Source of the DNA: an uncultured Bacilli bacterium
GTDB taxonomy: Bacteria > Bacillota_I > Bacilli_A > RF39 > UBA660
Direction of reading: 5' to 3'
Assembly: GCA_944359095.1 (NCBI GenBank)
Contig: CALVSS010000001.1
Span: forward strand, 1-52,332
DNA length: 52,332 bases
In this document: piece by piece, positions 43,059-51,632 of the stretch
How the letters are laid out: each line of letters begins with the position of its first letter
How positions within the stretch are numbered: the stretch's first letter is position 1
The notes under the pieces: generated by a model
Databases searched by the model: none
What the model was told of the DNA's origin: nothing
Seen by the model: only the letters and a program-made list of their open reading frames with translations
Translations under genes and position numbers: made by a program

Positions 43059-45251
43059 ATGGATATCTATATCAAAGGTCATTATCAAAAAAGTATTTAT
43101 CAAAATAGTAATGGTTATCATGTTGGACTATTTAAAGTTAAAGAAACAAATAGTCAAGAACTTACTACTTTTTTGGATAAAACGATTCCTTTTACAGGAT
43201 ATTTTCATGAATTAAATGATGTAGATACCTATCTTTTTTTTGGAAAAATGGTAGAACATCCTAAATATGGATTGCAGTTTGCTGTATCTAACTATGAAAG
43301 ATGTAAGCCAGAAGAAAAAGATGCTATTGTAGATTTTTTGACGAGTGGACTTTTTAAAGGGATAGGTGAGAAGAAAGCTAAAGCCATTGTTAGTGTTTTA
43401 GGAAAAGATACGTTATCTATTATTTTGGAACATCCTGATAATTTAATTTTAATACCTGGTATTACTAAAGCTAATATTGATACGTTACATAATAAGTTAA
43501 AAGAATATGAATCTAGTTATGAAACAGTTTTATATCTTTCTAATTTAGGCTTTTCTACAAAAGATGCGATGATTATTTATAATCATTATAAAGAAAGTAC
43601 GAAACAAATTATAGATAAAGATATTTATCAAATTATTTATGATATTTATGGAATGGGTTTTAGAAAGATTGACCGGGTTGCTTTAAAAAGTGGAATTAAG
43701 AAGGATGCTTTTATTCGAGTTCGGGCTTCTATTTTATATATTATGGAAGAAGTTAGTAATACTTATGGACATAGTTATTTTTACTATGATGAAATATTTG
43801 AGTATTTGCCTAGAGTGTTATTAGTTTCTATTTCGGATACTGATTATCAAAAAGCTATGGAGTCTTTAATTCAAGACTTGATGATTGTTCATGTAGAAGA
43901 TAGATACTATTTAAAAGAAATGTATGAAGCCGAGTGTTTGATTGTTAAAAGATTTCGCTTACTTGGAAGAAAAGAAGAAGAAAGTTTTCAGCATTTGGAT
44001 TCAAAGTTTACAGAAATGGAACAAGTTTTTGGAATTTCTTATAATGAAGAACAGAAGAAGGCTATTATTGATAGTATTGTAAAGAATTTTTTAATTATTA
44101 CAGGTGGTCCTGGTACTGGTAAAACTACCATTATGAAAGGGATTATTGAATTATATAAAGAAGTTCATAAACTTAGTTATGATAAACTTGCTGAAAAAGT
44201 AGTTTTACTAGCACCTACAGGAAGAGCTGCGAAGAGAATGAGTGAAGCTACATTAATGCCTGCTTCTACTATTCATAGGTTTTTAAAATGGCAAAAAGAG
44301 ACTAATAAATTTCAAGTAAATGAGTATCATAAAAGTAAGGCAGAAGTTGTTATTTTAGATGAAGCTAGTATGGTAGATACTTTACTTATGGCTAGTTTAT
44401 TACGAGGAATTTCTGTCAATTGCAAAGTGATTATGGTAGGAGATAGTTATCAACTTCCATCCGTTGGGCCAGGACAAGTTTTACATGATTTAATAGAAAG
44501 CAAAACTTTACCAGTTGTGGAATTAAAAGAGTTGTATCGACAAGGAAAAGATTCTAACATTTTACAATTAGCTTATGATATTCGACATGGTAATGTTTTA
44601 GATCATGTTTTTAATAAGGATGAAGATTTAACTTTTATAGAATGTCCTGATAATCAAGTGATTTCTAATTTGATGGATGTATGTGCTACTTTTAAAGATT
44701 TATCTTATAAAAAATTCCAAGTGTTAGCTCCTATGTATAAAACTAGATATGGTATAGATATTATTAATGAAAAATTACAAACTATTTTTAATCCTAAAGA
44801 TGCTAGTAAAAAAGAATTAGTAATTGGTGATGTTACTTTTCGTGAGGGAGATAAAGTCATTGAACTTAATAATATGCCAGATGAAAATATTTATAATGGT
44901 GATATTGGTATTATAGAGAGAATTGTTACCCAACCTAGTAAGAAAATCATTATTGATTTTGATGGTAACGAAGTAACTTTTACGGCTAGTAATTTTAATA
45001 AATTTCGTCTTGCGTATGCTATTTCTATTCATAAAGCTCAAGGTAGTGAGTTTGATGTTGTAGTTATGCCACTGGTACAAGGATATCGAAAAATGTTATA
45101 TCGTAAATTAGTTTATACAGGAATTACTAGAAGCAAAAAAATGTTATATTTAATTGGTGATAAAAAGGCTTTAGTACAAGCAGTTGATAATACTGATTCG
45201 GATATTAGAAGAACTACGATAAAAAAATTTTTAGTTGAAGGAATAAAATAA
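43059..45251 (+). CDS. recD2: RecD2-type SF1B DNA helicase (YrrC-like)
   Basis: N-terminal OB-like/HhH region, Walker A GGPGTGKTT, DEASMVD, GDSYQLPSVGPG, and C-terminal AISIHKAQGSEF...LVYTGITRSKK. Confidence 0.9.
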   Translation: MDIYIKGHYQKSIYQNSNGYHVGLFKVKETNSQELTTFLDKTIPFTGYFHELNDVDTYLFFGKMVEHPKYGLQFAVSNYERCKPEEKDAIVDFLTSGLFKGIGEKKAKAIVSVLGKDTLSIILEHPDNLILIPGITKANIDTLHNKLKEYESSYETVLYLSNLGFSTKDAMIIYNHYKESTKQIIDKDIYQIIYDIYGMGFRKIDRVALKSGIKKDAFIRVRASILYIMEEVSNTYGHSYFYYDEIFEYLPRVLLVSISDTDYQKAMESLIQDLMIVHVEDRYYLKEMYEAECLIVKRFRLLGRKEEESFQHLDSKFTEMEQVFGISYNEEQKKAIIDSIVKNFLIITGGPGTGKTTIMKGIIELYKEVHKLSYDKLAEKVVLLAPTGRAAKRMSEATLMPASTIHRFLKWQKETNKFQVNEYHKSKAEVVILDEASMVDTLLMASLLRGISVNCKVIMVGDSYQLPSVGPGQVLHDLIESKTLPVVELKELYRQGKDSNILQLAYDIRHGNVLDHVFNKDEDLTFIECPDNQVISNLMDVCATFKDLSYKKFQVLAPMYKTRYGIDIINEKLQTIFNPKDASKKELVIGDVTFREGDKVIELNNMPDENIYNGDIGIIERIVTQPSKKIIIDFDGNEVTFTASNFNKFRLAYAISIHKAQGSEFDVVVMPLVQGYRKMLYRKLVYTGITRSKKMLYLIGDKKALVQAVDNTDSDIRRTTIKKFLVEGIK

Positions 45252-45287
45252 TAAAAATCACTTCATAATAAAAATGAGGTGAATAAA

Positions 45288-45455
45288 ATGCAAAAAAATA
45301 CGATGAGTAAAATGATGTGGGCTGCTATTCTAGGTGGTATGGGAGTTTTTGGATATATGTATATGAAAAAGAATCCAAATGCTATGTCTAATATGAAAGA
45401 AATGGCTAAGAATGCAGCTAAAAAAACATATGATAAGTTAGAAGATATTGACTAG
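45288..45455 (+). CDS. small membrane protein, 55 aa (absent from the ORF track)
   Basis: ATG lies 7 nt after GAGGTGA. Translation: MQKNTMSKMMWAAILGGMGVFGYMYMKKNPNAMSNMKEMAKNAAKKTYDKLEDID, one TM helix plus an amphipathic tail. Followed by hairpins and a T-run. Confidence 0.6.
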   Translation: MQKNTMSKMMWAAILGGMGVFGYMYMKKNPNAMSNMKEMAKNAAKKTYDKLEDID

Positions 45456-45536
45456 GAAACTGGTCTTTTTTCTTTGATAAATTTAATATTGAGGGGGAAA
45501 ATCTTGTAAATTTTTAAGTATACTGTGTCAAATATA

Positions 45537-45568
45537 GTAAAGTTTTATTTGAAAAACTTTACTTTTTT
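45537..45568 (+). terminator. rho-independent terminator overlapping the parE promoter
   Basis: GTAAAGTTTT (45537-45546) pairs with AAAACTTTAC (45553-45562) and is followed by T6. Confidence 0.75.
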
Positions 45569-45576
45569 GTTATAAT
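45549..45576 (+). promoter_or_regulatory. sigma-A-type promoter TTGAAA-16-(TGT)TATAAT for parE-parC
   Basis: -35 TTGAAA at 45549-45554, TGn at 45568-45570, and -10 TATAAT at 45571-45576. Confidence 0.65.
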
Positions 45577-45608
45577 AAAATGTAGTTAGATATTAGGAGT
45601 GATAATAA

Positions 45609-47510
45609 ATGGCATTAAAATATGATGAGTCATCGATTAAGATATTGGAAGGACTTGAAGCAGTTAGAAAAAGACCTGGTATGTATATTGGTTCTACTGA
45701 TAAAAGAGGACTTCACCATCTAGTGTGGGAAATTGTTGATAATGCTATTGATGAAGCAATTAATGGGTTTGGTGACTATATTAAAATTATTTTACATAGT
45801 GATGGATCTGTCAGTGTAGAGGATCATGGTCGTGGTATCCCTACAGGAATGCATGCTTCTGGTAAGTCAACTCCAGAAGTTATTTTTACGGTTCTTCATG
45901 CTGGTGGTAAGTTTGAAAGTGATGGATATAAAGTATCTGGAGGACTTCATGGTGTAGGATCTAGTGTTGTTAATGCATTATCTAAATGGATGGAAGTTAC
46001 GATTAAACATAATAAAGAAGAATATTATATTCGTTTTGAAAATGGTGGAAAGGTTGCTGTTCCATTAAAGAAGATTGGAAATACCAATAAGACTGGTACT
46101 ACAGTTCGTTTTTTACCTGATGATGGAATCTTTACTAGTACTAATTTCTCTTATACTACTATTTGTGAGAGAATGCAGGAGTCTGCTTTCCTTTTAAAAG
46201 GACTTACGATTGAAGTTATAGATGAAGAAGATGAACGCAGTAGTAAATTTCATTATGAACATGGTATTGAAGAGTTTGTTGAACATCTTAATAAAGGGAA
46301 AAATGTTTTACATAAAGTATTAGCTATTTCTGGTACAAAAGATAAGATGGAAGTTGATATTGCAATGCAATATACAGATTCTTATAATGAAACGCTTGTT
46401 AGTTTTGTAAATGATGTAAAAACAATTGATGGTGGTACACATGAAGTTGGTTTTAAGACGGCTTTAACTCGTGTCTTTAATGATTATGCTAAAAGTAATG
46501 GCTTTTTAAAAGCTAAAGATAAAGCTCTTGAAGGTAGTGATGTCCGTGAGGGGCTTACTGCAGTTATTAGTTTGAAAATTCCGGAATCTACTTTACAATT
46601 TGAAGGGCAAACGAAAGGTAAACTTGGAACTCCTGGTGCTAGGGTGGCAGTTGAAAGTATTGTTACGGAACAAATGCGTGTCTTTTTAGAAGAAAATAAG
46701 GCAATAGCAACGGAGATTATTAATAAGAGTTTACGTAGTAAGATTGCTAGAGAGGCAGCTCGTAAGGCTCGTGAAGAAGCTCGTAAGGGTACGAGTAAGA
46801 AAAAAGAAGAAAGAACTTTATCTGGTAAACTTGCCCCTGCTCAAAGTAAGGATAAGACAAAAAAAGAATTATTCTTAGTTGAGGGAGATTCTGCAGGTGG
46901 ATCTGCAAAACAGGCTAGAGATAGACGTTATCAAGCTATTCTTCCTTTACGTGGTAAAGTTTTAAATACAGAAAAGACGAAAGAAGAAGATATCTTAAAA
47001 AATGAAGAAATTAATACAATGATTTATACTATTGGTGCTGGATATGGTTCTAATTTTGATATTAATGATTGTGAATATAGTAAAGTTATTATCATGAGCG
47101 ATGCTGATGAAGATGGTGGACATATTCAGTGCTTATTATTAACGTTTTTTTATCGCTATATGAAGCCTTTAATTGAAGATGGAAGATTATTCGTTGCCCT
47201 TCCTCCACTTTTTAAGATTCAATGTGGTAAATCAGTTGAGTATGCTTATACTATTGAAGAGATGAAAGAAAAGTCTAAGGGTAAAAAATGTGAAATTCAA
47301 AGATACAAAGGACTTGGTGAAATGAATGCTGATCAGTTGGGCGAAACAACTATGCAGCCAGGAACTCGTACATTGATTAGAGTTAATATTGAAGATGCCC
47401 AACTTGCTGAAAAAAGAGTTTCTGTTCTTATGGGAGACGATGTTGGTCCTCGTAAGGAATGGATTGATGAAAATGTGGAATTTACATTAGAAGATGATTA
47501 TCAAATATAG
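45609..47510 (+). CDS. parE: DNA topoisomerase IV subunit B (ParE)
   Basis: GHKL ATPase (VDNAIDEA, GLHGVG), Toprim EGDSAGG, PLRGKVLN and DADEDGGHI. Called ParE rather than GyrB because the downstream partner is clearly ParC-like. Confidence 0.8.
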   Translation: MALKYDESSIKILEGLEAVRKRPGMYIGSTDKRGLHHLVWEIVDNAIDEAINGFGDYIKIILHSDGSVSVEDHGRGIPTGMHASGKSTPEVIFTVLHAGGKFESDGYKVSGGLHGVGSSVVNALSKWMEVTIKHNKEEYYIRFENGGKVAVPLKKIGNTNKTGTTVRFLPDDGIFTSTNFSYTTICERMQESAFLLKGLTIEVIDEEDERSSKFHYEHGIEEFVEHLNKGKNVLHKVLAISGTKDKMEVDIAMQYTDSYNETLVSFVNDVKTIDGGTHEVGFKTALTRVFNDYAKSNGFLKAKDKALEGSDVREGLTAVISLKIPESTLQFEGQTKGKLGTPGARVAVESIVTEQMRVFLEENKAIATEIINKSLRSKIAREAARKAREEARKGTSKKKEERTLSGKLAPAQSKDKTKKELFLVEGDSAGGSAKQARDRRYQAILPLRGKVLNTEKTKEEDILKNEEINTMIYTIGAGYGSNFDINDCEYSKVIIMSDADEDGGHIQCLLLTFFYRYMKPLIEDGRLFVALPPLFKIQCGKSVEYAYTIEEMKEKSKGKKCEIQRYKGLGEMNADQLGETTMQPGTRTLIRVNIEDAQLAEKRVSVLMGDDVGPRKEWIDENVEFTLEDDYQI

Positions 47511-47524
47511 AAGAGGGTGAAGTT

Positions 47525-50095
47525 ATGCCAAAGAAGAAAACAGAAACACAAGAAGTGATTGAGAAAATATTTGATTATACGCTAGAAGATATTATGGGTG
47601 AAAGATTTGGTAGTTATTCGAAATATATTATTCAAGATCGTGCAATTCCCGATGCTAGAGATGGTTTAAAACCTGTTCAACGTCGTATTTTATATTCTAT
47701 GCATAAAGAAAAAAATACTTATGACCATGGTTATCGTAAAAGTGCTAAGACAGTAGGAGACGTTATAGGTAATTATCATCCTCATGGTGATACTTCTATT
47801 TACGATGCTATGGTTCGTATGAGTCAGCCTTGGAAAACAAGACTTCCTTATATTGATATGCATGGTAATAATGGTTCTATTGATGGAGATAGCCCCGCTG
47901 CTTATCGTTATACAGAAGCTCGTCTTTCTAAAATTAGTAATGAAATGCTTCGTGATATTGATAAAAATACAGTAGAGTTTGCTCCTAACTTTGATGATAC
48001 TACAGTAGAGCCTACGGTTTTGCCAGCAAGATTTCCTGCTCTTTTAGTCTATGGAGCTATGGGTATTTCTGCTGGTTATGCTACTAATATTCCACCCCAC
48101 AATTTAGGAGAAATTATTGATGCGACCATTCATCGTATTGATAACCCTAATTGTAGTTTAGATTCTTTAATGAAGTATGTTAAAGGTCCGGATTTTCCAA
48201 CTGGTGGTATTATTGAGGGAATTGATGGTATCAAGTCTGCTTATGAGACTGGACGTGGAAAAGTTGTTGTTAAAAGTAGATATAGTATTGAAGAGACTAA
48301 GTCTGGAAAAGCTATTGTTATAACAGAAATACCTTTTGAAGTAAATAAATCTTTAATGGTTAAAAAAATAGATGAAATACGTATCGATAAAAAGATTGAT
48401 GGAATTGTAGAAGTAAGAGATGAATCTGCTGCAGATGTTCGTGTTGTTATTGATTTAAAGAAAAATGCTAATGTTGATTTAATCGTTAATTATTTACTTA
48501 AAAATACAGATATGCAAATTAATTACAATTTTAATATGGTTGCAATTGTAAATAAACGTCCTAAATTATTAGGCCTTGCACAAGCACTTGATGCTTTTAT
48601 TCGTCATCAAAAAGAAGTTGTACGTCGTCGTACAGAGTTTGATTTAGCTCATGCTAAAGCTCGTTATCATATTGTAGAAGGGTTAATTAAATGTATTTCT
48701 ATTTTGGATGAAGTTATTCGGGTTATTCGTGAATCTAAAAATAAGACAGATGCTAAAGAAAATTTAGTTAAAGAATTTGAATTTACCATGGAACAAGCAG
48801 AAGCAATTGTTACTTTACAACTTTATCGTTTAACAAATACAGATGTTGTTGCTTTAGAAGAGGAAATGGCAAATTTGGAAAAGATTATTAATGGTTTAAC
48901 TGCTATTTTAGGTAGTGAAGATGTTATGAAGTCTGTTATGAAAAAAGATTTAAGAGATGTTAAGAAAGAATATGCTATGGATCGTCTTACTGATATTAAA
49001 GATGAAATTACAGAAATAAAGATTGATACTACAGCTATGATTCCTAGAGAAGATTGTGTTGTTATGGTAACTAAAGATGGTTATGTTAAACGTACTTCAT
49101 TTAGAAGTTATACAGCTTCTAATCCAGAAGATATTACGATTAAAGAGAATGATTATATTTTAGGAATCTTTGAAATGAATACTTTAGATACTTTATTAGT
49201 CTTTACTACTCATGGTAATTATTTACATATTCCTGTTCATATCTTACCTGATTTAAAATGGAAAGATATGCCTAAGCATGTTAGCAACGTAATAGAAATT
49301 TCACCAGATGAAGCTGTTGTTAGTGCCATTCCAGTTAGTTCATTTGAAACTAATAAAAATGTTGTTATTGCTTCTCGTAATGGTATGATTAAACGTAGTA
49401 AATTATCTGAATTTAAATTATCTCGTTATTCTAAACCTACTAGTTGCATGAAGCTAAAAGATGATGATTTGGTTGTTGACGTTTTTGTTGAAAATAAAGA
49501 TACGCTTTTTGTTACGACAGATAGTGGTTATGGTCTTTCTTTCAAAGCAGACGAAGTACCTATCGTTGGTGTCAAAGCTGCTGGTGTTAAGGCTATGAAA
49601 TTAAAAGATGATCATGTGGTATCTATTAATCAATTTAATTATAATGAAGCAGAATATATTTCAATTATTACAGATAAAGGTACAGGTAAACGTGTTCATC
49701 TATCTGAGTTTGAACTTTCTACTAGAGGTAGACGTGGATTATTAGTTCTTCGTGAAGTTAAGAGTAATCCATATCATGTTATTAAAACATTTATTACGGA
49801 TTCTAAAAATTATATTGGTATTAAAAATGGAGAAATTGATACTTTAAAATTGACTGAACTTAATATTCTTGATCGTTATTCTACTGGAGGAGTGATTGCT
49901 AAACACGAACTTCGTGATAGTTTCTTAATCGCAACATTACAACGTAGAGAAAATTTAGAGCAAGAAAATTTAGATGTTGATACTAGTATAAAAGAAGATG
50001 TTAAAGTAGAGGAAAAGGTAGTTCCTAAAAAAGAAAAAATTTCTCTAAAAGAAATTGATGATAGATTAATGACAATTGATGACTTTTTGAAATAA
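47525..50095 (+). CDS. parC: DNA topoisomerase IV subunit A (ParC)
   Basis: IMGERFGSYSKYIIQDRAIPDARDGLKPVQRRILYSM, GNYHPHGD, MVRMSQPWK and HGNNGSIDGD..AAYRYTEARL are the Gram-positive ParC variants of these blocks (GyrA has SYLDYAMSVI.. / MAQ.F..RY). I see no GyrA-box (QRRGGKG). Confidence 0.85.
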   Translation: MPKKKTETQEVIEKIFDYTLEDIMGERFGSYSKYIIQDRAIPDARDGLKPVQRRILYSMHKEKNTYDHGYRKSAKTVGDVIGNYHPHGDTSIYDAMVRMSQPWKTRLPYIDMHGNNGSIDGDSPAAYRYTEARLSKISNEMLRDIDKNTVEFAPNFDDTTVEPTVLPARFPALLVYGAMGISAGYATNIPPHNLGEIIDATIHRIDNPNCSLDSLMKYVKGPDFPTGGIIEGIDGIKSAYETGRGKVVVKSRYSIEETKSGKAIVITEIPFEVNKSLMVKKIDEIRIDKKIDGIVEVRDESAADVRVVIDLKKNANVDLIVNYLLKNTDMQINYNFNMVAIVNKRPKLLGLAQALDAFIRHQKEVVRRRTEFDLAHAKARYHIVEGLIKCISILDEVIRVIRESKNKTDAKENLVKEFEFTMEQAEAIVTLQLYRLTNTDVVALEEEMANLEKIINGLTAILGSEDVMKSVMKKDLRDVKKEYAMDRLTDIKDEITEIKIDTTAMIPREDCVVMVTKDGYVKRTSFRSYTASNPEDITIKENDYILGIFEMNTLDTLLVFTTHGNYLHIPVHILPDLKWKDMPKHVSNVIEISPDEAVVSAIPVSSFETNKNVVIASRNGMIKRSKLSEFKLSRYSKPTSCMKLKDDDLVVDVFVENKDTLFVTTDSGYGLSFKADEVPIVGVKAAGVKAMKLKDDHVVSINQFNYNEAEYISIITDKGTGKRVHLSEFELSTRGRRGLLVLREVKSNPYHVIKTFITDSKNYIGIKNGEIDTLKLTELNILDRYSTGGVIAKHELRDSFLIATLQRRENLEQENLDVDTSIKEDVKVEEKVVPKKEKISLKEIDDRLMTIDDFLK

Positions 50096-50096
50096 G

Positions 50097-50118
50097 GAAG
50101 TATTTTACTTCTTTTTTT
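50097..50118 (+). terminator. rho-independent terminator
   Basis: GAAGTA (50097-50102) pairs with TACTTC (50106-50111) and is followed by T7. Confidence 0.7.
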
Positions 50119-50152
50119 CTTTTAGTTTTCATATAGTTTAGTGGTGATGTTT

Positions 50153-50524
50153 ATGTCGAAAGAGGGCTTTAAATCCTTTGCTAGAAATCATACAGAACTT
50201 GCTAACTATGTATTAAATGGGAAGACTACGTGGCAAAAATTATATGAACTCTATGAAATTTATGGAGAAAGAAGTACTATTTGGAAAGATTATTTTTCTT
50301 CTTCACTTGCTTCTAGAAATACGTCTTCTGATTTATCAACACTACCAAATAATATTAAAGACTTAGTACAAAACATTAAAAATATTGATTTAAACTCTGT
50401 ACAAAAAGGGATTGGAAATATTCAAAAAGCTTTAGGCTTATTGCAAGATATTGGCCTTGGACAAAACAAAAATACTCCATCTACTTATGAACCTAGACCA
50501 CTATATCAACATTTTGATGATTAA
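50153..50524 (+). CDS. ylbD: YlbD-like protein (putative coat protein family)
   Basis: FKSFARNHTELANYVLNGKTTWQKLYELYEIYGE..IW resembles the Bacillus YlbD N-terminus (from memory). It sits in ylbD-ylbE-ylbF-rsmD order. Confidence 0.6.
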   Translation: MSKEGFKSFARNHTELANYVLNGKTTWQKLYELYEIYGERSTIWKDYFSSSLASRNTSSDLSTLPNNIKDLVQNIKNIDLNSVQKGIGNIQKALGLLQDIGLGQNKNTPSTYEPRPLYQHFDD

Positions 50525-50526
50525 TT

Positions 50527-50748
50527 ATGAATCTTTATACTATTCATGAGATTAAAAATAATCCCTTATTATATTCTTATTTGAGAGTGAATTCCTCTTG
50601 GTATAAATTATTAAATCGAGATCCTAATAATTTAAAAAAGATGGAACAAGAAGCAAAATCATACTATAAGCTTACTTTACCTGATAAAATAGAACGTTTT
50701 ACTAATAAAGTAGAGTTGATTTCTACATTTATGGATGTATTAAATTAA
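50527..50748 (+). CDS. ylbE: YlbE-like protein
   Basis: 73 aa. IKNNPLLYSYLRVNSSWYKLLNRDPNNLKKMEQEAK fits the YlbE-like family pattern, and synteny agrees. Confidence 0.6.
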   Translation: MNLYTIHEIKNNPLLYSYLRVNSSWYKLLNRDPNNLKKMEQEAKSYYKLTLPDKIERFTNKVELISTFMDVLN

Positions 50749-50770
50749 GATTTGTGTTAAAATATGTATT

Positions 50771-51076
50771 ATGAGAGAATTAATAGATAAATTAGAACAA
50801 TTAAAAAAAGAAATTAAGAAAGAACAAGTGATAGAAGATTTTTTAGAAGAAAAAGAAAAAGTTTTTCAAGATAAAGAATTAATTTTAAAAATTAAAGAAT
50901 ATAAGAGTCATCCTTCTTTATCTTTAAAAAAGGAGATAGAAGCTTCTCCTTCTTTTTTGGCGTATAAAGAAAAAGAAACGAGGGCTAACTTACTTATTTT
51001 TTCTTTAAATCAAAAGTTTAAAAAATTATCTTTAAAAGAGTGTTGGAAAGAAGTAGATAAAAATGAAAATAATTAG
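50771..51076 (+). CDS. ylbF: YlbF/YmcA-family regulatory protein
   Basis: 101 aa, helical. EYKSHPS...FLAYKEKETRANLLI is consistent with the Com_YlbF family, and its position before rsmD matches Bacillus. Confidence 0.55.
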   Translation: MRELIDKLEQLKKEIKKEQVIEDFLEEKEKVFQDKELILKIKEYKSHPSLSLKKEIEASPSFLAYKEKETRANLLIFSLNQKFKKLSLKECWKEVDKNENN

Positions 51077-51605
51077 TGGAAAATATAAAGGAAGAAAGTT
51101 ATTAGGTTTTGATATTCCAGGTACTAGACCAACGATGGATAGAGTTAAGGAAAGCTTATTTGCGATGATTCAGGCAAAGATTCCGGATAGTATTGTACTA
51201 GATTTATTTGCGGGTAGTGGTAATTTAGGAATTGAAGCTTTAAGTGAAGGGGCTAAGACTTGTTATTTCGTTGATAAAAGTAAGAAGGCTTATCAAGTAA
51301 TTTTAAATAATTTAAAAGAATTAAGTATTTCTAGTTCTGTATATTTCCTTGATTATTTAAAGGCCTTGAATGAATTTTCTAAAGGGAACATTTCTTTTGA
51401 TATTATTTTTCTTGATCCTCCTTACGAGACAGATTTGATTGAAAAAAGTATATCTACTATTATGTCTTTGGGAGTTTTATCTAAAGATGGAATTATCGTT
51501 GCGGAGAGTGACCAACTTGAAAAAATTATTTATCCTTCTAATTTAGAAATTGTAAAGAGTAAAAAATATGGTGATAAATGGGTAGCTATCTTACGTCAAA
51601 TATGA
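51063..51605 (+). CDS. rsmD: 16S rRNA (guanine966-N2)-methyltransferase RsmD (YlbH)
   Basis: IISGKYKGRKL, PTMDRVKESLF, SAM motif LDLFAGSGNLGIEALSEGA, and DPPY catalytic motif. Confidence 0.9.
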   Translation: MKIISGKYKGRKLLGFDIPGTRPTMDRVKESLFAMIQAKIPDSIVLDLFAGSGNLGIEALSEGAKTCYFVDKSKKAYQVILNNLKELSISSSVYFLDYLKALNEFSKGNISFDIIFLDPPYETDLIEKSISTIMSLGVLSKDGIIVAESDQLEKIIYPSNLEIVKSKKYGDKWVAILRQI

Positions 51606-51632
51606 TAAAATAATCATAAGATAGGTGATTAT

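Noticed and set aside
45609-50095. Possibility that the type IIA topoisomerase pair is gyrB-gyrA.
   Set aside because: The A subunit has the ParC-specific versions of the N-terminal blocks (RFGSYSKYIIQDRAIPD, VQRRILY, GNYHPHGD, MSQPWK, HGNNGS). I see no GyrA-box in the C-terminal domain. There is no dnaA/dnaN/recF context.
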